In this document: positions 52,740-64,000 of the stretch, in pieces
Numbering within the stretch: position 1 is the stretch's first letter
How the letters are laid out: each line of letters starts with the position of its first letter
NCBI RefSeq assembly: GCF_001194135.2
Contig: NC_068988.1
Location: 60,209,420-60,273,419, forward strand
Direction: 5' to 3'
Source of the DNA: Octopus bimaculoides
Lineage: Eukaryota
Length of the DNA: 64,000 bases
Made by a program: the position numbers and the translations under genes
The notes under the pieces: generated by a model
What the model was told of the DNA's origin: nothing
Seen by the model: only the letters and a program-made list of their open reading frames with translations
The model's database searches: none

Positions 52740-53197
52740 TGAATGCATGTATATATATATATATATTTATATACAGATATATAGATTTATGTATATACAT
52801 AACATAATATATATACAATATATAATACATAATATATCGTATATATTTATACGTACACACACACACAAACATACCCAGGGGGTGATAAATAAATACATTG
52901 TGCGTGTGTGTGAGCATGTATGCGTGTGCATGTGTGTGTGAGTGTGTATGTGTGTGCGTGCGCAAAATAATGTGAAAAGCAAAAAATTATAGGTATTCAA
53001 TATATATATATATCATCACTTTGATAAATCTTACCAATATTCGACGATTGGTCGACAAATATTATCGTAAACATCTAATCAATTTGGAACTGAGTTTTGG
53101 TAAACATGGGACCAGGAAAAACACTTTTTTAGCATCACATTGATATCCTTGACAAAGACACTTCTTCCTCACTTAAAATTCGTAATTGAAACTATAT

Positions 53198-53416
53198 ATA
53201 TTCCTTTCTACCCTATGCACAAGGCCCGAATTTTTGAGGGAGGGGGCAGTCGATTAGATCGACCCCAGTACGCAACTGGTACTTAATTTATCGACTCCGA
53301 AAGTATGAAAGGCAAAGTCAACCTCGGCAGAATTTGAACTGAGAACGTAAAGACAGACGGAATACCGCTAAGCATTTTGCCCGGCGCGGTAACGTTTCTG
53401 CCAGCTCGCCGCCTTG
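53198..53416 (-). mobile_element. SINE family B with an apparent 11-bp TSD (tgaaactatat, 53187-97 / 53417-27)
   Basis: High similarity to 32797-33026. Confidence 0.85.
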
Positions 53417-54899
53417 TGAAACTATATTATATTGCAACTCCAAGAATGGCTTCTAAAGCTAAACCTATCTCTAGCCGGCTTATATACAAATGTAGAAAAG
53501 ACAACTCTCGTATGTTTCTAAGTGAGATTATTCCTTTCTGATATCCATTTGTGCTTCTTAAATTTGCTCATACCCAGCAACATATACATATTTATAATAT
53601 ATGAAATACAGCTGCTCATTGCACATAATCATATAACATGAAGTAACACCTAACTGCTTGATATCGTAGATAAAACAACAACTATCCTGATATCACATAA
53701 AGCATGGATAAAGAGCAGCAGATAATGCTAAGAAGACAATCTCAATATAGCCTGGATAAAGCCTGGATAAAAAAAGCAGCAGATAAAACTAATAAGACAA
53801 TCTCAATACATTGCTTACTAACTGGGACCAGCTAATTGTCTTTTCTGCCTAATATTGTAGAACAGCAAAGAAAACCAGCTGTCGTTGTACTGTAAACTTC
53901 AGTACATGATCTGAATTGACAAATATAGCCCCACTGTTATCACTAGACATTTTCGAATAAAGAATTATACTTATTCCTCTCCGACACTTTACTCAAGGTG
54001 TCTGATCAGATAAGCTAGATCTTGATTTACAACAACGATCTACATTAATACCATTATTAGGTGCATCCTGGATATCAGGTAATCTTATCAAGTCACCAAC
54101 AATGAGGTTTTGGCCTTAACCCATTTATCAATCACCTTCATCTTCATCCTTCTCTAACAATGTGAATCCACAAGCTAGACCGCACAACCGCATGCTTTGT
54201 TTGAATATCGAGAACCAGCTGCATTACAAGGAGCGGACAGTAGGCAGGAAAACATAGTAACAATTCCAAAAAGAAAAAATAGAGAGGTGCAAGAGAGATA
54301 TAAAGTCACTTGCCATGAATTTCGAAAGGTGGGGCAATATTGCAAGCTCTCTCTCTCTTTTGAAGTTGGAATTAGGGAAAGAGTTAAAAACAAGAGAGGA
54401 TATGCTGTCACTTGTTCATTACATATGCCCAGTGTGATGGAATATACACAAACTCTATATATGTAGGGGAAATGCGAGATATAACCTCAGGGTCTAACTT
54501 TCAAGTTAAGGCTACACAAGTATGTCCACATTAAACCCGTTCTCTTAGGCCTCCAGTCATCATAAAAGTGAGTAGTGCTTTGATGCATACACATACATGT
54601 ACACACATACATATATGTGGGGTTGTGTATGCGTGTATGTATACATGCAGGCCTATAGTTGCCTAAATATATGGCCATTACCAATTGTTTCATATGATCA
54701 ATAGCAAGTGTCTAATCGACCCACAGTAACCACAGATTTAGTCGCATTCGGTCTAAATAGGTGAGCTAGTTTCGTTCATTAAAACAAATAGGGAATACAT
54801 TATTGCAGATATCTGGCCGATTGGAAATATACTTCAGTTTATGACACTTCCATTATTGAGTGAGTAAATAACTCTCTGTCGACCGCGAAATATATGTTA

Positions 54900-56170
54900 T
54901 CTATTATAATAAACGCGAAATGATGTCTGTCCGTCCGTCCGGACAGACATCATTTGCATTTGCTCTATACAGACATATACCATTGGGGAATCAGGATGAT
55001 AGTGGGATTGAAAATCTAGTTCTTCAATATCCAGCATTGGGAATAGTTCCGGATGAGGATTTGTTATACGTTAACGGTTGGAAATTTAAATATTAAAAGA
55101 AATCCAAAAATTTGGGAACTTACAATTTTTGCATTTAAGCTGAATTTAAAGTAATACAAAAATTTTGTGATGGCCCAAATCGAAATTCCGCCCAAATCGG
55201 ACTTTCGGCCAGATCGGACTTTCGGCTTTCCAGTCGGATCGGACTTCTGGCCGGATCGGACTTCTGGCCGGATCGGACTTCTGGCCGGATCGGACTTCTG
55301 GTCGGATCGGACTTTCGGTGGAGTCATTTTATTCAGACATTCACCTCAGCTGCTGGATCTTGGAAATGGAAACTGAATAACGGAGACATCAGTTTTCCGA
55401 ATGGCTGTGGCATTTNNNNNNNNNNATGGAAACTGAATAACGGAGACATCAGTTTTCCGAATGGCTGTGGCATTTTTATCAAAACTGTAGAATTGATTAC
55501 CGACTGATTTTGTGAATGATCCATGCTTACACTAAATAATGAAACTATCGAGGTTGTCAATTGGAAACTTATGCAATCAAGCAATACTGAGAAAAAATTA
55601 TTGCTCAATTGATATTGTTGTGGACCCCAATGAGGTTGTGAAATATCCTACTGGGTTTCTTAGCTCTTTAGATCCTCCTGGAATGCCTTCTCACAAATTG
55701 ATATGGAAGAAAGTAATTCCAATCACAATTTTTAGAAACCTGTATCCTCTGCAATGTAACAAACTGGCAAATGTATTCACATCTTTTGGAAGAAACAATC
55801 CCCACTGTACAAAGAAAGGGGGTAAATGTGTTTATTCCAAGAATTCTACTGATTCCAGCAGGCGTTCCCTTTGAATTCAAGAGACTTCAATTTCCAGTGA
55901 GAGTTTTGCAATATCAATTAACAAGAATGAAGGCCAACCACTGAAAATTGTTGTACTTCACCTCATGCAACAGTGATTTTCCCATAGTTAGTTCTATGTT
56001 GGTTGTTCCAGAGTTGGAAATGGCAAGAATCTGTTCCAACTCACACCAAATAGTAAAACCAACAATGTTCTCTATCTTTCTGCTTTACCGTGATCTCCAA
56101 ATGCCACAGTAATACACAATTCTGCAAATGTGATACTCTGTGATATAAATGTGAGGCGATAGGCTACGAA
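54900..56170 (+). mobile_element. Helitron remnant: 5'-TC start, internal minisatellite, decayed Pif1 helicase C-terminus
   Basis: a|TCtattataataaacgcg start at 54900. YCSIDIVVDPNEVVKYPTGFLSSLDPPGMPSHKL...RNLYPLQCN, VFIPRILLIP..VPFEFKRLQFPV, FAISINKNEGQ and FYVGCSRV (~55600-56030) match RepHel helicase motifs. The 3' CTRR end was not located. Confidence 0.8.
55195..55320 (+). repeat. 17-bp tandem array (ccggatcggacttctgg) inside the Helitron
   Basis: About 7 degenerate-to-perfect copies, GC-rich against an AT-rich background. Confidence 0.9.
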
Positions 56171-56524
56171 TAAACACTTTATTATTATTGCTACCGTGAA
56201 AGTCTGTTTTTATGCTAATATATTATAAATTGCGTGTTGCTTTCTACTGTTTCCCCACATACGCAGTGTAATATTACATTTATATACACACACACATATA
56301 TACATATATACATATATATTCACATATATGTCTGTGCGTGTGTGTGTGTGTATAAATATATATATANNNNNNNNNNNNNNNNNNNNNNNNNNNNNNNNNN
56401 NNNNNNNNNNNNNNNNNNNNNNNNNNNNNAGACAACAACATATATATATATAGGCATATTTGATATACATGTATGCTCATATATTATACAATATGTTTTA
56501 GTAAATATGTGAACGAAAAAGAAA

Positions 56525-56562
56525 TTATGATGATGATGATGATCATGATCATGATCATGATG

Positions 56563-56596
<34 letters not shown>

Positions 56597-56600
56597 TAGA

Positions 56601-56667
<67 letters not shown>

Positions 56668-56760
56668 GGCGAGAAATGGAAGAAAATTTGAAGAAAGAAG
56701 AAAAAACAACATAATAATAATAATAACAAAAGAACAACAACAATAATAATAATAATGATC
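56525..56760. repeat. (ATG/AAT)n microsatellite complex
   Basis: Directly visible. Confidence 0.93.
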
Positions 56761-57684
56761 ACAACTGAAACGAGACCCTAATCAACTTCTGTTTGACTTT
56801 CTTAATATGGTTTCCAGCATTCGTTTTTTTGCTTCTTTATTTGTTTTTCTTTGTCTGGTTATCAACAGAGAATTAGCAGAGAAATAATAAACATTTTCAA
56901 CTTAAATCTAATATTAACTTGATACATACATAGATGCGTATGGGAGCAACAACGAAAAGTAAAATAAAACTAAATAAATTTCTTAAGCAAACATTGAACT
57001 ATGTTTATACAATTTCATCAAGTCCTATTATTTAGCTACGTTCCTCAAGTAGGTTTGTTTGAGGCGGTTTGCTCTCCTATATTTTTTTCATTTTCATAGA
57101 TATTATTTTGTTATTTTTAAAGCAAAGATTGACAGTAAACTTCGTTAGCTTAATATTTACAATAGAGTGTAGTCACGTTTTAAATAGTTAATCTATCTAT
57201 TACTTTTTTTATATTTATCTACAGACATTGCTAAGCACTTGAATGGTATTATAGAGGTTTTTTTTTTAACATTTTATGAAGCTTCCTCATGGACGCATCT
57301 GTTATTCAGCAGTTGCTATTTGAGAGAATAAAATCTGCTTACTGGTTTCACTTCCCTAGCAGAATCCTTCCATTTATGACACTCATGTCTATAATGTCAA
57401 CGCACGTAATTAACATCAAAAGGTGTTTAGCCCTTGAAGTATAAATGATGGTGAGATAACATGACTGTGCGGTGTGGAAACTCAGTTCAAGATAATTCTG
57501 TTTATAAATACTATTGAAAAGTAAATTGGCACCACGCAATATCATTACCTTTTCTTGCTAATATTCTATGAGTTTAAATTAATTTTTGCACTTCCGAGTA
57601 GTCACTCTCAAGTATGTAACATGCATTACTATTCTGTTTATGTTTGAAGAATCAGTGATGATGCTATAAAAATATCCTTTATCC

Positions 57685-58100
57685 TTTATTTCCTACTTGT
57701 TTCAATCGTTTGAATGCTGGTAACGTAGGGCACCGACTTGAAGAATACTTAGTCGAATTAATCGCCCAGTGTTTATCTTTTAAAAGCCTGGCACATATTC
57801 TATCGGTCCCTTTTGCCGAACTGCTAAGTAACGAGGACATAAACACACCAACACCGATTGTCTAGCGGTGGAAAGGTACACAGATACAGACACACACACA
57901 CACACACACACACAGACACAAACAAATATACATACACATACCTGCATATACATATATGACAGGCTTCTTCCAGTTCCGTTTACCAAATCCGCTCACAAGG
58001 CTCTGGTAGAAGGCATTTGACCAATGTACCAATGCTGTGGCAATGAACCCGGAACCACGCAGTAGTGAAATATGCTTCTTACAACACAACCACACCAGTG
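57685..58100 (-). mobile_element. SINE family A, older copy
   Basis: Shares aagcctggcacatattctatcggtcccttttgccgaactgctaag and ttaccaaatccgctcacaaggct with 12373-12779. Confidence 0.75.
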
Positions 58101-59249
58101 CATATGTTGATTATTTGATGGAAGGTTGCTCAGCTGATCATTTGGAAATTATAATGATGTCAATATCTTCGTGTGACTTCTATTTTACCAATACTTAGTA
58201 GACCATACGAATATATTTGTGATAGAAACAACAACTAAAGAGATAAAATCACACAATTTCAGAATTTTTGTCCTTATTATCTATGCAGTATGTATAGTAT
58301 TTTGTGAATCCCGAAAGTGGGAGAACTGAGTACAGAATCCGTTCGAATGTGTGCTGTGGACAAAACGAATTAATTCGATTAAAGACTCAGTTGTCAGATG
58401 ATGATGGGGTAAAATGGGTGACTAATTGGGTGGTCATCAATATTTGTAGTGTGTATCCCTAGATTATCTGGTGATCCTACCTACGACCTGATTTGATTTA
58501 TACTACGTAGGTAGAATAGAGGGAAACTATGGCAGCCCCAGAGGATGATTTGTTCACACATGACTCCTACAGAAACGCTTTTCTCATTTATATCTTAAAC
58601 ACTTCCACTGGATTCTCTTTCGTTAAATGATAGACAGCGAATTTAGCTGTTATCGTCATCGCATTGCAATATCGTCTAGAAGGTGATAAGACATACACTA
58701 AAGACGAAAATACAGAGATTCTTGAAAATTAATTCTTGAACCACATTTTCTTGCAACAGATTTATTCGATCCGTCTATAATTCGGATTTACAAGTAGATA
58801 CAACAGTACATTCCTGTCACTTAACTTTGGCAAATGACGTTAACAATTAAAGCTATACTGGCGCGTAAGAAATTTAATTTCATGTACAAAACTATATAAA
58901 GATACCCTTGCCTTTTAGTTCTGCCGTGATGTTTTTCCACTTCAGTATAACTTATTCGAAGATGGCTGTACCATCAGTTTTGAATGACCGGCTCGAATTC
59001 CTACATAACTCTACATTTAGGATAGCTAAGCATGTCTTTTTAATTTTCATTATTATTTGGGTTATGCATCAAAAGAAATTACTTCATGAACTTGTATGCA
59101 TCTTGAAGTCGGCTGGGATCGAGAGATAGATTATTTGTATTCTTTCGGAAAGGTCTGGGTTTCATGATAAAAACCCTCTTCTTGGACCCGTAAGGTAAGT
59201 CGGTGGAGTTGGACTGGGCCAATAACATAGGATATATATTGAGAATAAT

Positions 59250-60830
59250 AGGTATCTAACTTTCAACAGGGGCCAGACGACCAAATTTCTTACAGTATCT
59301 GAAGTTTTATCTTAGAAAATTCGCACTCGTTAATATTTGTTAGGGGGTGAGACTTTCTTTCGGGAACAAACTTGGAATGTGAGGATGTTAGCTAATAGGA
59401 AATGGGGGGGGAGCAAAATCATTACAAATTGTCACTAATCCAATCAGCTGGTGCCAACTGCTGGACAGATATCAACGAGATTTCCCGAATTTACTAATGA
59501 AAATATTGTGAAAACGTTTCGTCTCACCCTGATTGTATCTAAATACAGCATTCTGTAGCTTGGAGATAGCGATAGCTTATTTTGTCCATAATTCGAAATG
59601 GTTAGCTAAAAAGACTATATATTTTTGAACTGCACGGTTTAGCGTTATATGTTTGATTTGCAAAGACCCAGTGACAGGAAGCAGAGCACATCGTTCTCAA
59701 TACGCCAAATTTACAGAAACTGGATTAGTTATTTAATCATACGTACCGGGACAGAGAAATCGTCAAAAACAAATGGAGGTTCGACCTGAAAAGCGCTATT
59801 AACGTAAAATTTCAAAAGGCTTATGGAGAAAGGACGGAAAGAATTTGAAATGGAAGTAAACCTAGTTATAGTTTTAGAACAAGTGCTATTTCTGAATGGT
59901 CAGGCAGAGAGCACAAGCGCCACCAACTACTTCCATCATATACAACCGAGTAATAGTCGTACATTGTACTGGATCACATCTGATCACATAAGTGCACCTC
60001 CTCATTTGGTATGTGTAAAAGGTTTATGCTCAATTTGCCAGACCCTCCATCTCCACTCAACACTCCCTAGGTGATGGACTGATCATGTCATGACTAATGA
60101 TGTGTAGATATGCTGTGTGATTACATATAATTTGACCGTGAAAGGATATGCTCGCCTTTTGTCAGACTGATTTTACCTCAACTCGTCGCTGACGGAGCTT
60201 CTGACCTGGGACAAGTGACGACCAAGAAAGGACACATGGTATTTGGAATGTCATTAGGTACTTACTTCTCTTTGCCAGCTGGGAAATGCGGTCGGCGGCA
60301 ATTCTACACTGGTGTTCTATAGGGGATTAATGACAGGTAACAGCGATCACACTCTTGGGGAAGTTCTAGGCGTCGACGAAAATGGACTGCCTAGTCTGTT
60401 TTGTCATTCTTGTGAATCAGAAAAACCTGGACTAGCAGTGCTACCGTAAAACATTGCCAATCTTCTACAAACTCTACACACAAAATTACCTTCAGCAGGG
60501 CTTGTCCGAGGTGCACAGAGAGCGATGAAACTTCTGTACACACCCTATGGCTAAATATTTCTGATTTATAGGGTTACCCTGAACACCTTCTGTCAGGTGG
60601 GGTATAGATCTGGCTTATCAGCTGAGTCCATTATCAAAATCGCACTTATGTCTTCCTTTCACCGTCAAGTGCAGTCATGTTTTATCTGCCTTGTGGTCTT
60701 AAGGAAAGGGTTAAAGTGTGAAAATGGACAAAAAGGGCTGAGGTCAGATTCTGTCTTCTTTGGTCAAGCGTTTATCAACATGTTCAGTTAAACTTCGAAT
60801 GAAGACAGATAAAACAAGTACAAGTTGGGC
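59250..60830 (+). mobile_element. Heavily decayed second Tx1/L1-like LINE copy
   Basis: ctggacagatatcaacgagatttccc (~59461) resembles the APE DRYRLD.P segment at ~3226. RACPRCTESDETSVHTLW (~60497-60550) is the zf-RVT-type CxxC...H motif. Boundaries are uncertain. Confidence 0.5.
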
Positions 60831-60904
60831 ACTAGAGTTCATATAATCGATTATCACTTTCCTGCTAAAATTATTAGTCTTGCACTAAAATTTTCAATAA
60901 TCAG

Positions 60905-61040
60905 TTAAGATGGTGAGCTGGCAGAATCGGTAGCACGCCGGACAAAATGCTTCGCAGCATTCTTTCTGGCTCTTTACGCTCTGAGTTCAGATTCTGCCGT
61001 GGTCAACTTTGCCTGTCATTCTTTCGGAGCTGATAAAATA
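60905..61040 (+). mobile_element. SINE family B, partial
   Basis: atggtgagctggcagaatcggtagcacgccggacaaaatgctt...ctgagttcagattctgccgtggtcaactttgcc. Confidence 0.7.
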
Positions 61041-61281
61041 TGCAAAAGTTGTACATTGGTAGTTATTTTGAAGGAGAGGATAGAATCAATGCAATGACAT
61101 ACAGATAATTCATAATTTCAGATAGGTGGTTGGTGTCAGAAACTGTACGAGAAGACGTGATTGACGAAAGTTTAACATTTTCAATTACTTCCATAGATAT
61201 TCTAAGATAAGATCGGTTATAATAAAAAAATATCGTAATTGATTTTGGCTTTCGCTAAATCAGTTTCTTCAAATATCTTAC

Positions 61282-61722
61282 CTGCAATGACACATCCTTT
61301 TGTCTGGCAGAGTTGAACATTTGATTGTTTAGTGGTTGCAGGTTGTGGAGTTGACGGCACTGTTGTATTAGGTTGCATTTTGGTACCATTGTTGTTCAAG
61401 TGTGATTTTGTAGTAGACATTTGAATGGTCGATGCTGTGGTTCGAACAGATTTCCCACTTTTTGTACTATATGTTGAGTGCTGTATCGATGTTTGTGTCG
61501 GAATATATTTTGAAGTTTTCGATAATGATACATTCGATTTAAGTGTTGATGTTGGTTGTGAGTTAATATTTACTGAGGTATTTGCGAGGCCAGTCTTTGT
61601 TGTATAATGAGTTGTTCCAGTCAGTCCAGTAATCCTAGTAGCATTAGGTTGTATAGAACTACTGACTGTTGATGATAAGAATGGATTTAAGGATGGGACA
61701 GCAGTAGTGGTTGCATTTTTAT
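61282..61722 (-). CDS. M13 peptidase exon: Ser/Thr-rich mucin-like stalk ending in the first conserved cysteines
   Basis: Acceptor tctattgattttag|AT and donor GTCATTGCAG|gtaag. 441 nt, phase 1-1. Encodes (D)KNATTTAVPS...SNVQLCQTKGCVIA. The C-x4-C at the end matches the start of the M13 ectodomain. Confidence 0.9.
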
Positions 61723-62694
61723 CTAAAATCAATAGAAAGAATATTGTCATTATTATCCAATTTCCATAGAAATCTGAACGTTTCTTCCAAAGCAAAAATA
61801 CCTATTTATACATTTCTATTATCTGGAATTATTTGGAACACATTTGAGACATTGAAAATAGTTGGATTTCCTTGTTATTTATTTATCCAAACAAGAATAC
61901 AGATTACAACTATTACATTTTATTTACATATAATGCTGTTCGTTTTATTCAGTTTTTGTTTTTGTTTTACTTATATGAAATACGCTTTTCGGTGATTTTC
62001 TCTAGTTAATTTAATTCCATCCTAAGAATTAAATTAAGTTAGCCAACATAGTAATTATCGACCGGAAAATTATGTCTCACTAGAAAACAAAACAAAATTT
62101 TAAATATATCATTCTATCTTCTCAGCTACAATTTACAAGCAACGCCTTCGTTTCTGAATCATGTCACGGACTAAAACATTTTAATGTGACTTTCACACAA
62201 TAGGCCAATGATATCAGTGGGGCAGAAAGAGAAGGAGTGGTTTCATTTACAATGACAGTAGACAATTGGAAAGAGAACACGTCATTTCAAGCTCATGAAG
62301 TGGCGAGGGAAGACTTAGAGGAGAACAGAACTGGGCAGACCACATTATCTTCCTCACGTGTAGCCCGGATCGAATAGTAATTGAGTCTAAGGCTAAGCAA
62401 GTTCATTCATTCATAAAGTATCAATGAGAGGTACAATTCTCTGTATGTAGAGAGTACTGTGTGAATCTCAAAAGTTTCATTTTGTTGTGTTGGGCACAGA
62501 AACTTCCTGTTCTCTATAGCTGGAGTGCACAACCCGCTATTCCTTCCCTCTCTTCCCCCTTCTTCTGCTGCTTTATCTCCATATTTTTCTTTGTCTTCTT
62601 GGTAAGGTAGTTATTTTAGTTTTCTCACGATAATGTGACAGTGTCTATCCTTCTTTTCTTCTGCTAAAAATATGATGTTAACAAAATATCTTTC

Positions 62695-62905
62695 AGCGGT
62701 GAGATGGCAGAATATTTAGAACGTGGGGCAAAATGTTTAGCGGCATTTCTTTAGTTTTTACGTTCTGAGTTCACATTCGGCAAAAGTTGACTTTACCTTT
62801 CATCCTTTAAGGGTCGATAAAATAAGTGTCAGTTGACCACTGAGATGGATGTAACCGACTTTGCCCCTCCTCTGAAATTTCTGGCTTTGTGCCAAAATTT
62901 TGAAC
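62695..62905 (+). mobile_element. SINE family B, older copy
   Basis: ggtgagatggcagaat...tacgttctgagttcacattcggc...catcctttaagggtcgataaaataag. Confidence 0.7.
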
Positions 62906-63579
62906 CATTATTAAAAACATAATTATGCCAGTGGCACAATTTGACAATATTTTGGTAATTTCTATAACAGCGATTAACAGAGGTCCATTTATTTTTTACT
63001 TTATGAGATATTTGTGAGACGAGATATAAATCTAACAGCAGCGAACTATTTTATGCATCGTCATTGAATAAACAGCAATACGAATCACTTTTAAAGCCTA
63101 CAAGAATATTTGAGAAAAATCAGTTATGATTAGTCTACAAACCAGATTTAAAAAAAAGAAAATTATTGGGCTGCGTTAAACCCATTCAAGGTTCAGATAC
63201 TAAAGGTACCCGCAATGAAAGATTACATCTACCACCAATGAAGAATAACAGTTTCTGCAATAGACTTCCATTCAGGTTTTGACTACCAAATATCATTCAC
63301 AAGTATTTGACAGACCCAATCCTATAGCAGAAAATCTTTGCTCACGTGCAGCGGGATTCATCTTGAATATTGGAACTCACAAAGCAAACATCTTAACCGC
63401 AAAATTGAACCTGAGTTTTATAAATTTGCATCATGGGGGAACATAACTAAATTCTATTTGTTTACTTTAGTCTGCGGCCCCAATGGTTTCTGCCATTCTA
63501 ACATATTTATTCAAACATAAATATAAAACAATGAAACAGACATTAAATATTTCCAAACCGTTAAGACTTCTATACGTAC

Positions 63580-63710
63580 CGATTTGTTTCCCAGTTCTTG
63601 ATCTGAAAATAACTAAAACCAATGCTGAAGTAACTGCTAAGACACAGATGACTAATAACAGAGTCAATACGAAGAGCACTCTTTCCATTCGAGACCATCC
63701 TGTTTTAAAA
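63580..63710 (-). CDS. M13 (neprilysin/ECE-like) peptidase: first visible coding exon, cytoplasmic tail end plus type II transmembrane helix
   Basis: Acceptor ttttttttcag|TTTTAAAACAGG and donor CAAATCG|gtacgt. 131 nt, phase 2 in and phase 1 out. Encodes FKTGWSRMERVLFVLTLLLVICVLAVTSALVLVIFRSRTGKQI, with one hydrophobic stretch of about 25 aa. Joins in frame to the next exon. The upstream exon(s) lie outside the window. Confidence 0.85.
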
Positions 63711-63786
63711 CTGAAAAAAAAAAATGTGAAAGGCATGTGTAATTCGCTAATTATGCAAATATATACCCCCAACGATTCTGCTAATT

Positions 63787-63870
<84 letters not shown>

Positions 63871-64000
63871 TCTGTTTCCCTCTCACACACGCACGTACTC
63901 AAACTCATACGTACACATACGCGCACAAACAAGGAACACACACACATATAGACTTAGAAACACACACACATGTATATGTCTATATATATATATATATATA

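Noticed and set aside
53698-53812. Short imperfect tandem duplication (ggataaa..gcagcagataa..aagacaatctcaata)
   Set aside because: Two diverged copies only, with no structure or coding signal. It is ordinary local slippage.
55366-55475. Exact 50-bp direct duplication
   Set aside because: The copies sit on either side of a 10-N gap, a typical unmerged contig overlap.
61723-61795. In-frame upstream extension MTIFFLLIL resembling a signal peptide for a secreted isoform
   Set aside because: It coincides with the polypyrimidine tract of the acceptor, which naturally codes F/L/I, and there is no independent promoter or transcript evidence.
466-63947. Numerous ORF-track entries of poly-I/L/V/Y, alternating CV/YI/RE/LS, or containing X runs
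   Set aside because: They are translations of microsatellites or read through N gaps. They have no splice-consistent structure or domain motifs.

Overview
This is AT-rich, repeat-dense eukaryotic genomic DNA with many N gaps and microsatellites. The SINE families and microsatellite density look like Octopus or another coleoid cephalopod (recognition, not a database hit). One host gene crosses the window on the minus strand: a type II membrane M13 (neprilysin/ECE-like) metallopeptidase. Five coding exons join in frame with GT-AG sites: 63710-63580 (TM), 61722-61282 (Ser/Thr-rich stalk), 36068-35910, 27601-27518 and 20636-20434. Its 5' end and its catalytic HExxH part are not visible here. The introns contain decayed mobile DNA: Tx1-like LINEs, four R4/Dong-type REL-endonuclease LINE ends sitting at (AAT)n, several Tc1/mariner relics, a Helitron remnant, a Penelope-like element (PLE) and two SINE families. 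The most notable observation is two different fold-back elements carrying type I hammerhead-ribozyme motifs, at 22801-23330 and 50583-50797. In each, the copy with an intact catalytic core lies on the pre-mRNA strand of the peptidase gene. The nearby PLE remnant (45246-46385) has the same inverted architecture. Together these suggest a PLE-derived, retrozyme-like hammerhead family. All alignments, folds and identities were done by eye.
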